A stretch of 64,000 nucleotides of DNA from Amoebidium appalachense (taxonomy: Eukaryota > Protista > Ichthyosporea): NCBI GenBank assembly GCA_963693365.1, contig CAVNZM010000006.1, forward strand, positions 1,364,001 to 1,428,000, given 5' to 3'. The notes beneath the pieces are model-generated. The model saw only the letters and a program-made list of their open reading frames with translations. It made no database searches and was not told where the DNA came from. The translations under genes and the position numbers were made by a program. Shown piece by piece: positions 1 to 30,243 of the stretch (the stretch's first letter is position 1; each line of letters starts with the position of its first letter).

Positions 1-464
1 GCGTGCGCGTGTGGCGCGCGGGCGTGTGTGTGCATGTGCGTGTGCGTGTGTGTGTGGGTAGATGTGCGAGTATGCGCGGGCGTGTGTGTGTATATGTATG
101 TGACGTGTGTGCGTGCGTGTTTGTGTGTGGTTTGTGCGTGTGAGCATGCACGCACAAGAATATATGCCAGCACGCACAGCAGGCACACCTTCTCGTATGC
201 CGTGAACATGCGTGTATACACATATGCACACACAGGCAGGCACTCACCAACTTAACAGCAAAGACACACGTGCAAGGTCGTATAAACGACAGGACGTCCA
301 CACACACCAAACAACACGCCCACACCCACACCCAGGCACACATACACACGCACACACGCGCACACAAATACATCCACACACATCCTAAACACCACACACA
401 CACACTCACACACACACGCACACGCACGCACACACACACATACACGCACAAACGCACGTGCGCA

Positions 465-538
<74 letters not shown>

Positions 539-1064
539 CACACGCACACACGCACACACACACACACCACACACACGCACACACACACACACACACACAC
601 CCACACACACCCTCGCCGGTATACACACACACGCACACACCTACTCACAGGCTGTGTTGTGCACGCGTACGAGCTCGGTATACTCAAACATCCTCACATA
701 TGCACACATTTCTAAACACGGCATAAGCTTATATAAGTTTAAGTTTAAGGTCAGAACATTTGCACTTCTGCATAGCCTTCCCCCCCCCCCCCCACTCCGT
801 TCCCTTTCCTCCCTTCCCGCCCTCTTGTTATCCCCTTTCCACTGCACACATATGTTCTCGTGCTTTTCTTTTGACCTCCACTTCGGAGTACCTATCACAC
901 AAGCACAATCTGCTCTGAGTTGGATCTTGTTGCTTGGCCCGTCAGCACCTGTAAACAAAGCACCAGCCTTTAGTTTTTGTCGTTGTCAATATATTCAGTG
1001 CCACCAGTCTCTGACGGCAACACAAATTTCATAGGGGGAACATCAAGCACCCGATCCCAACCAG

Positions 1065-10606
<9,542 letters not shown>

Positions 10607-11002
10607 ATGACACGTTTAGGAACTTACTTTAAATAAAGAGCACAGTATACGAGATATTACATTAGACCTTCGACAATAACATGACCTCTCAATACCAAGA
10701 ACATGCCAGCCTATACACGGTAGACAAGATAACAGATATCATTCATACTTTCATTATTTTCGGGTATGACCTTCACCGCCATTCAGAACACATGGTCTCC
10801 TAATCATCATCCGTGATATATAGTATATCGCTACATGATACATTCGTAAAGCCACTCCACTTGAGACCTGACTCATACATATCTATGACCCACATACAGT
10901 GGCGATGAGCTGTGTCGATAATTAAAAGTATATTCAAATTTCATGTTGTCTGCCCCTGCGTCCCAAACCCATTCAACCCCTCCACATCCACCCGCACCCT
11001 CT

Positions 11003-12562
11003 TCACATCCGTCCCCCTCTCACCCCCCTCCTTTTCCGCCTGTTTCCATCCTTCTTTCCATCCAAAATCTCATCAATCATTTTCCTTGCATCTGCCAACG
11101 TGTAATCCCCCGGCCTATCCAAAATATCCTTTAGATGCGGGTGGGTGGGTCCCAACTCTCTCAGTTGTCTCAACATATTTGATGCCTTTGAGTATGTGGG
11201 TTGTGAGGTACCGACTTTTTGGTAGAACTCAGTGCCCAGGGGGAACTGAGGGTAGAGCCTTTTGGCCCGGGCTACTTCGTCCATTACGTGCACGTAGTCG
11301 GCTACGGTAGCACCACGCGGCATGCGCTGGAACCCTGCATGTGTGTACGTGTGTGTGTGGGGGGGGGGGGGGGGGGGGAGGGAGGGGGGTTGTGTGTGTG
11401 TGTGTGTATGTGTGTATGTGTGTGCGTGTGTGCGTGTGCGTGTGTGTGTGTGTTGTGTACGTGTACGTGTGTATGTGTGTATGTGTTGTGTGTGTGTGTG
11501 TGTGGTGACGGTGGTCATGGTGGGGACTCGCGCCCGAAAAGGGACGGGCGGGGCAGGGCGGGGGGGGGGATGTTGATTCTGGAGTTCTCAAACATTTTCC
11601 CATTACATCCTTATAGTAATACTTGTCGTTCTATGTGGTGGTGGTGGTAATGATCCCCTGACAGTTTTTATTTGGTTATTTATTTATTTTTTTGGACATG
11701 GGGGGGGGGGGGGGGGGGGGGGGGGGGGAATGTTTGTGTGTGTGCATGTTGCGCGTGTGTGTTGTTGTTGTTGTTGAGCGAGCGTGTGCGTGTGCGTGCC
11801 TGTGTGCGTGTGCAAAGACTTGTACAGAACCTCTCCTGTCCAATTAAACCACAAGGCAAACACTATTCTCACAAAACAGCTCTTACACTGGTGGTGGTGC
11901 AAAAGCAAAAACAAAGCCAGAAAACGAGCAAACACATGACACGCGGGAGGAGAGGAATGGGTGGTTAAGGGGGGGGGGGGGGGGGGGGGGGGGGGGGAGA
12001 AAGAAGAGGAGGGAGGAGGGGTGGTTGCGTGGTTGTGTATGTGTGCGTGGGTGGGTGGGTGTGTGTGTGTGTTTTGGGGGGGGGGGAAGGGGGGGGGGGG
12101 GAAGGGAGGAGCAGAACCTTCGAACAGTTCAATGGAGCTGCCTTCGAGGACATCCTTTCGTAGCTGCAGCCCAGGCCGCACTATGATGGGTGGGGTGCGT
12201 GGTTGCGTCTGAAGGGGGGAGGGCGGGGGGGGGGGGGGGAGGGGGGGGGGGGGGGGGAGGGGGTTTGCCTCAGTGAGTATGCACGTTTGTGAAAGGCTGC
12301 GTGCGTGCTCGGATTGTGTGCCGCATATCCGTGTGTACATGTGCGTGTTTGTGCATGTATTTGTGTGTTCCTAACCTCTCGTGTACTACAGAGTCTGCAC
12401 CACTATACATCTGTCTGGTGCCTGTGTGTGTATATGTGCATGCATGCATGTGTGGAGGGGCGGTGGGGTTGGAAATATGAAGGGACACCACCATCTCAAC
12501 CTCTGTCTCACAGATGGTTGATGCAGCACGAAGTGATGGAACATAGAACCCAGCACATCACT

Positions 12563-12606
<44 letters not shown>

Positions 12607-12613
12607 TCCCCCT

Positions 12614-12644
<31 letters not shown>

Positions 12645-13386
12645 CGATGAAAGGTTAAATCGTCACCGAAAACATGCAAGCTAAGACACTTGAAACCCAA
12701 AAACCAATTCCAACTTTGAAACCCTATCACTAACAATAGTGCAGGAGGCACTTAGACACAGCCCACCGTCACGTGGGTTCCTATAGGGTCCCTTGCTTCA
12801 ACAGCAACATAAAAGAGTCACCCCGCCTTAGCCAGAACCTCCCACGGGGGGAGGGGGGAGGTTAGGATTTGTTACATAGTACGACGTAAATTCGCGACGG
12901 AAAAAATAATGCAGGGGGTGGGGGGGTGGGGGGGGAGTTATTGCACATACATCGGGCAATTGGGGCACGCTCCTCTGCAAGATGCGCTTTGGGAGGGTGG
13001 GCACGTTGATTAGGGCCCAGTCGCTCTCGTCTAGGTGGTGCAGCACGTGCATGTTCCTGATGCCCTGCTGCCGTAGTATATCCACCCACACGTCTATCTC
13101 GGCCTCCTCCCAGGCTGTCTCCCATATGCGCGCCATAAGGAAGTCCTTGATTGGCACTACCTGTGGGTGTGGATTTATTAGTTGCGTTGTGGTAGGTGAT
13201 AGGAATGCAGGAATTTGTGTGATTTGTGTGAATTGTGTTGTCATAGGTGAGAAGAATGTAAGAGTTTGTAGTAGTTGTGTTGTGACAGGTGATGGAAATG
13301 CAAGATTTTACGTGTGTGTGTGTGTATGTGGTGGCGAAGGTGGTGCGGCAGCGGGGTTGTTGTCGTATTCTTGCCTCTTTTAACAT
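11003..13386 (-). CDS. ~213-aa protein with SAM-like N-terminal helical domain and ParB/KorB-like helix-turn-helix
   Basis: Exons (-): 13375-13386 (MLKE, GC donor AG|GCAAGA), 12951-13160, 12767-12791 (tentative), 12118-12180, 11003-11334. Peptides WVDILRQQGIRNMHVLHHLDESDWALINVPTLPKRIL (SAM-like) and DEVARAKRLYPQFPLGTEFYQKVGTSQPTYSKASNMLRQL (HTH-like); basic tail RRKRR. Confidence 0.6.
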
Positions 13387-13774
13387 CTATGATCCTAGTG
13401 TTTCTTTTCGTGTGCTTTCCGTTTGAGCTTATTTAAGGACAGGCAATGATTGAGCTGGAGGAGAAGTGGGGGAAGCACGGGTGTCATTATGTGTGGTGGC
13501 CCCGCGGGGGCCGGGGGGGGGGGGGGGGGGGGAAGGGGGGAGGGGGGGTGTTAGCTTTCCCATCTCAACCCTCCCTGATGCCAGAAGCCACTCTGTAAAA
13601 TTCAGCCTAACCTTTCGGCAGGCGGAGGGGAAAGGGGAGAGGCGGGAGGGGGGGGGGGGAAGAGGGGGGGGGGGGGGGGGGTAAGGAATTGACGGAGAAG
13701 CTTGGATTAAAATAGCGGCTTTGAGTACGGCTTGCGAATAAAAAGCAAAGGTCAAAGAGCAAAGGGGAGAAGCA

Positions 13775-13806
<32 letters not shown>

Positions 13807-14247
13807 GGGGGGAGGGGGGAGGTGGGCTGTTTGTTTACCCATGGCCGGCCCTGGGGGTCCGTCACCAGCTCAGACGTATGCATCTGCAAGGGTGGTAGGG
13901 TTGAGTGAGCAGACCTTTGCTTGTGATACGGTGGTTTGCCTGCATGTATCAGTCTCGTTTTGTATCCGTTGCTTTATTGGTATCGCTTCCACTCTTCCGA
14001 GGTGTTACTTACTCGGGGTTTTCAAGCATCTCAGTGTCCCATTGACGAATCCAAGTGCACGTGTTTCAGAAAAACGAGAACTGCCTTATGGAGTTATGGC
14101 ATAGAGGGGAGGATGACACCATGTGCACGCCCGCGCGTGCGCACCCACACACACCCACCCACCCACACACAAACATACACACGGATAGGAAGAGGAAAAG
14201 GGGAAAGGCAGGAGAGAAGGGGGGAGAGAGGGGGGGGGGGGGGGGGG

Positions 14248-14296
<49 letters not shown>

Positions 14297-14298
14297 GG

Positions 14299-14488
<190 letters not shown>

Positions 14489-14873
14489 GAGAGAGGGAGA
14501 GAATTACCAGAGAGAGAGAAGACGAGAGGAAGCGAAGGACGGAGGGGGAAAAGAAGCGAAGGAGGGGGGCAAGGAGGGCGCATGCCCAGAGGATGGGGAG
14601 GGAGGAAGGGAGGGAAGGAGGGAGAGAGGGAGAGAGGAAGGGAGGGAGGGGAGGAGGAATAGAGGCGGGGAGGGAGGGAGGAAGGGGAGGGAGGGAGAGA
14701 GGGAGGGAGGGAAGGAGGAAGGGAGCGAGGGAGCGAGGGAGCGAGGGAGCGAGCGAGGGAGGGAGGGGAGCAGGGAGGGAGGGAGCAAGAGAGAGAGAGA
14801 GAGAGAGTGTGTGTGTGTGTGTGCGTGTGTGTGTGTGCGTGTGTGTTCTTGAGTCGTGTGTATGTATGTTTGA

Positions 14874-15097
14874 GAAAAGAGGTCCAACCATCCTCACCGA
14901 ATGAACTCCTTCGACACAACTTGTACTTTCAGAATTCACAGCACAGAGCCGGTGCATGTAACTACGGGAAGAGTGGCCTACTCGAAAAGAGGTCCAGCCA
15001 TCCTCACCGAATGAACGTCCTTCGACACAACTTGTACTTTCAGAATTCACAGCACAGAGCCGATGCAAGTAACTACGGGAAGAGTGGCCTACTCGAA
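14874..15097. repeat. Two-copy ~110-bp tandem repeat
   Basis: GAAAAGAGGTCC...GAGTGGCCTACTC begins at 14874 and again at 14984, with few differences. Confidence 0.9.
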
Positions 15098-15710
15098 CGA
15101 ACAAGCATGTCACCCTTTAACAAGTGTGCATAGTTTCTTCTCACCTGGGCCATGTTAGTTGTAGGCCCGCCATGGAGTCTACGCCCAACCTAGCGCAACA
15201 AGATTGCTCGTCTGCTTGGGTGTATTTGTGTTTGTCGTCAGAGCGCAAGTGCACCCGCTTTATATACCCCTCCTGGGTGCGTGATCAGCCACTCCGAAGG
15301 CAGAGAAATTTATCTCAAATTACCGGAAGATATCCTGAAGTTAGACTAGCCCCTGAATGGACAAATCATCCGAATACCGTAATTCCATGGCCCGGCTATG
15401 TATGTATACCGTGTATCATTTGGTGAAGCTTTAAAGCCTCTATGTAGGTGCAGGCCTTCCGTTTCTTAAAACATGGAGCTGAAGGGGACTTCAAAAAAAA
15501 TGTGTTTGTGAAGACTAATTGACCTTGGGAATTTGGGTTAAGCTCAGTGCCGCAAACATAAATCTGGCCTAAATGCACATTCTCGTTTATGAGCCTACAT
15601 TAAGAAGCACCTCGTTTGACCATGCGGCCCCAAGGGATTGTGGTGGAAGTGGTCGGGTGGTGGTGGTGGTGGTGTGGAGGTGGTGAGGGCGTGGTCGACT
15701 TTTTTTTTCT

Positions 15711-15742
<32 letters not shown>

Positions 15743-16017
15743 TTTTTTGGTGCGTGTGTGTGGGGGAAGGGGGGGGGAGGGGGGGGGGGAGGGGGGGGGG
15801 GGGGGGGGGGGGGGATTTATTGGTTAGGTGTAGCTTGTGTTTGTGTGTGTGTGCGCGTGTGTGTGTGCGTGTGTGTGTTGCGTGTGTGTGTGCGGGCATC
15901 CGGGCTTGCATGCGTGTGGGTAGGTGGGTGCGCACGGGCGTGCGTGCGTGCATGCGTGAGTGGATGTGCATTACTACCACTACTCGCATGCGCAACACCT
16001 GTGTGTGTATGTGTATG

Positions 16018-16058
<41 letters not shown>

Positions 16059-16801
16059 GTTCACGACACCAGCTGACATACCGCCATTGTTCACTATGCA
16101 ACCACCCGAGCATGCTTCTTATATATTGCTGCTGTGTGAGGCAAAGTTTTTGGCTTCAAACCAAGCACCCGTAAACTTCAGCGGCCACAAAACGATCTTC
16201 CTGTAATTAGCCAACTTCGTTAAAATGAGAGAGAAACGAACACACGTCATTCATGCAAAGCCTGATCATTACTAAGTGTCCCTATCTAAGCGGACAAACA
16301 AATCAAACCAAGAAAGGCTAAAAGAAACTAATAATGTCCGATTAGATTTTACAGTAAAGCCTAATTATAAGGTGTCTGTACATGTGCAGCCGGACACATT
16401 GGTTCAGGTCAACGATCCCATGGCTTTGTTTAAGAAAACCTATTAGTATTCTGCTGACAAAAATAAAAAAAGTCTCGCAAGGCAGAACATGCTCCCAACA
16501 AGCCACATCATCAAGGCAAGTCAGTCACCTTGTAACGAAGATTGATCTTTGCCCTTGTTTGCCTAAGTCAACAATTCAGTGCTACAAAACAACTTAAAAA
16601 GAAACCTCACAGTGCATAACATAATTTTTAGTCACACACTGCCTTATGAATCACAACATAAAGAAAGCAGCCTGGTCTGGGGTATAATCTCTCCTCATAA
16701 GGTTTGGACTGTCCGGCTCTCTCTCCGTCTCTTCTCTGTGTCTGGCTCTCTGCTGTCTTTGTTGCAGTTGGCTGGTGGCATAGACAGCAACCACCGGCAG
16801 G

Positions 16802-16850
<49 letters not shown>

Positions 16851-16972
16851 CGCGCGCGTGTGCGTGCGTGTGTGAGTGCGTGCGTGCGTGCGTGTGTGCG
16901 TGTGTGTGTATCACACGGTGATACAGAACTTCAGGGGGGGGGGGGGGGGGGGGTTGTGTTAGTGTGGATGTA

Positions 16973-23896
<6,924 letters not shown>

Positions 23897-24127
23897 GGTG
23901 AAAAACTTGTGAATCTTTATGTGGGTGCAAACTTTGTTCCCGAAATGCCAAATAGAAACTAATACTGCTATCAGTATAAAGGCGGTAAGTAGAAGCAAAC
24001 TCAAGAAAGGAAAAAAACAAAGCAACACCAGATATTGTTTCTTGACCATCGACGATTTTGACAACTTCAATAACGGCCAGCACTCAGCTGTGAAACGCAC
24101 AGAAACTTCGAAAAGCTCCGTTGCCAC

Positions 24128-24172
24128 CAAGGCCTCCTAAATAGCACACGGTGTGCTATTTAGGAGGCCTTG
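24128..24172. mobile_element. 45-bp perfect palindrome with 8-bp TSD (minimal hAT-type insertion or footprint)
   Basis: CAAGGCCTCCTAAATAGCACAC-G-GTGTGCTATTTAGGAGGCCTTG, flanked by GTTGCCAC at 24120-24127 and 24173-24180. Confidence 0.8.
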
Positions 24173-25389
24173 GTTGCCACAGCTGCCGTAGTGTGTCTGT
24201 GAGCCACAGTGGCTCACCATTCGGCACCAAAATTTCCAATCGCTTCGATCGTGGCGGCGACTACGATTGCAAAGCGATTACCGGATTACAGTTTAACTCG
24301 TCTCGCTTGTCATAGCACCTAGTGCCATCCCACGTGCACACGAAAACACACTCTAAAAACGCTGCAATAAGTGCCCAATTATTTCAAACCCGCATTTTGA
24401 TATACGTTGCACACTTAGACTTATAGTGCAGCCAGCCGAATAAATTGTGTGCACGCATGTGCATACAAACACACTTATGTACACACAGCTGCAGTTGCAG
24501 TAACAGGCTTGTATACGCACACACTCTCTCTCCTCTGAAGGTGCATGCATGCATGCACGTATGTACAAGTACGCACAGACACACGTACTTAGAAGACGAT
24601 TGTCAAGGGCGGTGGAGCTTTTATTGTTATAAAAGAGCCAGAATCACAAAAAATCAAATTCATCAGACCGTTCTGTTACTATAATACATGTGAACTGATT
24701 TAAATAAGATATACATACGTACATGGCATTCATTCAAGCCTGATACTACACTGTCACCCTACTAGATTGCCCTTCATATTTCATATACTTGGCCCGGAAC
24801 GTGCATACTCCATTCATGGCATCCACAGAAAGGTCTTACATTCCATACACATAAGTCAACTCCATCCCTCCCTCCCCCCCCCCTCACTCTCCCCCCCCCC
24901 CCCCCCCCCCCCTCTTCCCTCCCGCTCCGCCTCTCCCTTCCCTCTCCGCATACCCCACCCCCACTGAGGAAGCCTCCCACACATCTTGCCTTTCAATTTT
25001 ATGTACATTGTTCACAAATTTCAATTCCGTTCAACATCATTCGAGCCAAGCTCTTAAGCAAGTACTCCATACACCTGAAATTCTCACCACAGCGGGTTGT
25101 ACTACCGTCCAGCCAATGACGGAACAGGCAGCCTGCTCAATCAACCGGGCTGTGAACGGGGGGCGGGTCCATAAACTGCACCATTCATAGTGTCAGCATC
25201 CATTGATGTGTGAAGGCACAGGCAACGTCTTGTGAATAATTATTATCAAAACTATTTGCCACACCACACACCACACACATGACACACAAACCTCGAGCAT
25301 CGCAACATCTTTTCAACTCGATCTGCACCACAATATTGACTTGTGTAAACATGTGCACACACGTACTTGCACATCAATCGCATGCATCA

Positions 25390-25761
25390 CTATGTACAAC
25401 GAACTCGCATTTTGTAAGCACGTGCAAGTTTGGCACATCCTACCTCTGAGTCCTGCCAGTCTAACTGTGTTCTTGCCTCGTACTTGCTCTTTGCCCAAGC
25501 ATCCTCCAGTTTCTTTTGCAGCTCCAAAATGATCCCCTGCATCGTTCTCATCTGCAAGTATACATCGTCAAGGGGTGCCCAGTCGAGCAAGAGCAAGAGC
25601 AAACAAAAAACAAAAAAGAGAAAGAAAAAAAAAGAAAAGAGTATTGCTTTTGATTCGTACGTGCATGTCTACACATGTTCGGGTCACTAGCCGATGGTGG
25701 AGGTGATGGGTGGGTGGATGGGTGGGGGTGGCGGCGGTGGTGGTGGTGGGTGGGTGGGTGG

Positions 25762-25807
<46 letters not shown>

Positions 25808-26253
25808 AGGCTGGGCAATGATGTTGTGGCTCTGCCTCTCCATACCGTCTTGGCTTTCTAAATGCTTTTTTTCTCAAGCTTTGCAGTTTATACACGTGCC
25901 CGTGTGCTCCTGCAAATGTGTGGGCTATAGCTGGGCCGGAAATGGGCCGTGTGTGTGTGTGTGTGTGTGTGTGTTTGGGGGGAGGGGGGGGGGGGGGGGG
26001 GGGGGGGGGTAGGATTATAGTACCTCAGCCTGACTTTTTTGGCTCACCCTCGACGTGTCCTACGAAAAGCAACCAAACAGGTTAGTGAATTACATCAACC
26101 ACCCTCCTCACCCCATAACGTCCATCTGCTTCTTAGTCTGTCGTTGGTGAAACGACAGAAACCGTGTGAAATAGCCATGCTAAGCGCGTGTGCGTGTGTG
26201 TATGCATGTGTGTGTGTGTGGGTTGGCGGGTGGGCAACCGGCCGAGGCGGTGG

Positions 26254-26305
<52 letters not shown>

Positions 26306-27139
26306 TGATCATCACATTAATTCATTCATACAGTCCCCCCCCCCCCCTCCCCCCCCCCCTTTCCCCCTCCCCCGTCCGTCCCTCCCCCCTTCCCCCACCC
26401 ACTCCCCGAGGGGGGAGGGGGGCGGGGGGGAAATTTGAATGCGGAACACGGTACGAAGTACGCATACACGAAGGACACATGCAAAGGCAAACATTCAAGT
26501 ATGCAACATAGCCATGCGCACAGTATACGTCATAAGCAGAGCCCATCCTCAGGGAGAGCCCAAGTCATCAATTGCGTCTGAGTTTCGACCCCTTAGCCCG
26601 CGTATATACGACTCTCCAACTCAGATAGCAGCATCAACTGAACTTGGGAGGGTCAACCCGTCTTGATCAAAGACGAGCAGGGTTGCTTATGCAAGCAAGG
26701 TGAGCAAAACGGTGAATATGTGTGTGCAAACTAATGCAGTGCAGCGAAAAATGCTTATGTGCTTACAGATGCACGACACAGAGCAACCATGCCCGGTTGC
26801 ATGGAAGTAAAGCGGTGGGGGGGGGGGGGGGTGGGGGAGGATGATGAAGGAATGAAGGTAAGAAAAAAGGAAGGAAGCATAACAGGAATATAATACTACG
26901 ATCCAGACACAAAAATACAACCCACACATGGGTGCACGCGCACACACGAACACACAAACACACACACACACACAGACCTGGCGTGCCAAATCCCTCTCTA
27001 TCTCGATGTGGCTCCTCAGCTGCTTTTCCAGTGCCAGCGCCTTGTCTCGGTTCCTCAGCTGGTCCTCCAGATATCCCTTCTGCTCCTGCACTGCACACAG
27101 AACACACATTTAGGATTCTGCTTTCTACGAACCCCCCCC

Positions 27140-27170
<31 letters not shown>

Positions 27171-27475
27171 ACCCACGCCCACACACCTAAAAACACATAT
27201 ACACACAAACACACACACACACCCGCCAACATAACATGCACAATGGTCTTCCTCCCTGGCAAAGCTTCCGGTGAAGCTCTCATTTGTCTTCAACTCCAAC
27301 TCTGCCCCCCTATCCTCCCTCTCCCCCCGCGCCGTTATAAATAATTCCAAAAAGGACAAATAGGAAGCTCTCACCCTCACCCCCACCACCAACAACCAAC
27401 GACATACATGCACACACACGAACACAACTTTTCCCCAGACACCTTGTAGCCTGGTTTTAGTGGGGAAGGGCCGCC

Positions 27476-27506
<31 letters not shown>

Positions 27507-27715
27507 TTGGCACTCACAGAGGCGCAGCTGCTCCTTCATGTCCTGCATGGAGTCCAGCATGGACAGAGACGCCTTCTTCTTGAGGTCTGCAGCGTGCCGT
27601 TAAGAGATTATGCCATGCCCCACTGGTGCCGTTGTCCACATCACCAGCTATCAACAACAACCCTTCCCCTTCCCCCTCCCCCTTCCTAAACCCCCCCCCC
27701 TCCCCCCAAGCCAAA

Positions 27716-27766
<51 letters not shown>

Positions 27767-28161
27767 TCCCCGCGTGCCTCACGAAAAAGAAAAAGCAGAC
27801 CAACCATGCAGATAAATAATTGAAATTAAAAGCCGGGCATGCCCACACCGAGCACTACAACACAAACAAAAGCTGCACAGAGAGGCAAACACATTATATC
27901 ACAAGCACATACATACACACACACACATCACACGCGCACGTACACACACGGGCATACACACACAGGTGCACACCCCCCCCCCCTCCCCCGACCAACCATG
28001 CAGATAAATAATTGAAATTAAAAGCCGGGCATGCCCACACCGAGCACTACAACACAAACAAAAGCTGCACAGAGAGGCAAACACATTATATCACAAGCAC
28101 ATACATACACACACACACATCACACGCGCACGTACACACACGGGCATACACACACAGGTGC

Positions 28162-28192
<31 letters not shown>

Positions 28193-28602
28193 ACACACAC
28201 ACACAGAGCCAGATTCCAGGATACGACCCACACAGCATGTCTCTCCTGCACCCCTCCACCCACCTTTTACCCCATTCTCTGACGGTGAGAGTGGTGACTT
28301 TGCACGCACATTTAGTCTTTCGGGCACTGTGGGTAAAGGGCTGACTTTTGGTGGCGGCTGGCTGTTCCTACAAACATGAAGGGGATAAGTAATGACACTT
28401 ACTCCCTCTCCATCCCCCTCTCCCCCCTCTACCCCCGGACCCCTCTCTCTCCCCGGTGCCTCCCCCTCCCTCCCCCCCCCCCCCCCCCTCTCCCCCCCCT
28501 CCAAAAAAAAAAATGGAAACATTAGAAAGTTTCCTCCTCTCCCCCCCCCCCCCCCCCCCCCCCCCTTTTTTTTTACTTTTCTTTTTCTTTTTTTTTTTTT
28601 TT

Positions 28603-28644
<42 letters not shown>

Positions 28645-29447
28645 GAATGCGGAACACGGTACGAAGTACGCATACACGAAGAACACATGCAAAGGCAAAC
28701 ATTCAAGTATGCAACATAGCCATGCGCACAGTATGCGTCATAAGCAGAGCGAGTGGATATAAACTTGCATTGTCACCCAGTCACTTTGCACTGCTACATA
28801 TACTCCCTCCCGGGCATCATCTCAGCACCTACTTCTCCCGTTATTTTATTCTTTTCCCCCGTTCCTATAGAGTTCCACACATAATCGGTATAACTATTTG
28901 ACATTTATTATCCCTGTTGGGCAAGTGTCAGGGAAGGCGCTCTCCACAAGCCCACTATAAAAAATGCATAGCAGAAAACATTGGATTGTATGTCTGCTTC
29001 ACCACAAAAAAAGCTGAGCCGTTAACCGGGACAAGGGGGGATTGGGGGGGGAAGGGGGGGGGGGGGAGTAATTGCACCTCAACAGCTCGATGAAGAATGC
29101 ATAGTCCACAGGGCCAGCTGCCTCAGCATCAAACCTCTCATCCTGGGCCCAGTGTGTTAGTGTGCAGTCATAAATTACCCAAAAAACAATTTGCAAAAAA
29201 GTGGCAAGCCAGTGGAACCTGTCCCCAAAAACAGAAAAAGAAGAAGAATGGGTATCTATTTAAAAACCCAATCAACCCAAAGGAGGTTCCAACACCTAAC
29301 AGGTGTGTCAAAAAAGATGAATGCGAAGAGTATTGGGGGCGGGTGGTGAGGGGGCGGGGGTGGGGGTGGCACTGGGGTGGGCTGGGCTGGGGTGTGGTGT
29401 GTGTGTGTGTGTGTGCCACGGTGGTGGTGGTGGTGGTGGTGGTGTGG

Positions 29448-29480
<33 letters not shown>

Positions 29481-30186
29481 ACCTTCAGACAGAAAGTGAA
29501 GTCTATGGGCCGCAACACGTCCACCAGGGTGATCATCACCTGCCCATCCTCACTGCGCAGCAACGAGTGTGGCTGGTAGTACTTCCTGCACAACATGGGG
29601 GGGGGGGGGGGGGGGGGGGGGGGGGAAGGGAGAGGGGATGGGTGGGTGGGTGGGGGAGGGGAACGAAGATGGGAAAGGAGAACAGCCATATGTCAGTCAT
29701 CTGTAGACACAGCAACCCCACCACCAATCTGTATTCCAAGTGGGTGCATGGAAAACCGATACAGATTTTAAAGTATATATCGAAAGATTACATTTGGCGG
29801 TGTGTCTGCAGCTGCCCCTAAGTATTGGTCCAAGAGCCCTCGTCTTCAACGGTGCATCTTGTCTCGTCATCCACCCACAATACACAGCCCGACTGCCTAA
29901 CCCACCCCCAGCTTCGTGTTACTGGTATCCAGAGGTACTAAGCTAGGCGTGGGTGTTGTAGGTGTAGGCACGTGTTTGTATTTTTCAGGTCGGGTTGTCA
30001 TTGTGTGTGGGGAGAGGGGATGAATTGTTATTGTGTGTGGCGTAAGGGGAAGGGAGGGAGGGGTGGAGAGGGGGGGCGCAGGGGGATATATGTGTTTATG
30101 TGGTGCATGTGTGTGTGCGTGCGTGTGAGTGCATGTCTGTGCGGTCTGTGGGTGTTTGTGGTTTGTGGATGTGTTGACGATGGTTT

Positions 30187-30243
<57 letters not shown>

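Noticed and set aside
14910-15050. NLYFQ peptide resembling a TEV protease site; repeat as CRISPR-like
   Set aside because: Chance match in a two-copy 110-bp tandem repeat; no spacers, cas genes or vector context.
25100-25443. FYVE domain after WQDSE (RUFY-type architecture)
   Set aside because: No RRHHCR or paired CxxC exon found downstream; RUNDC3-like assignment preferred.
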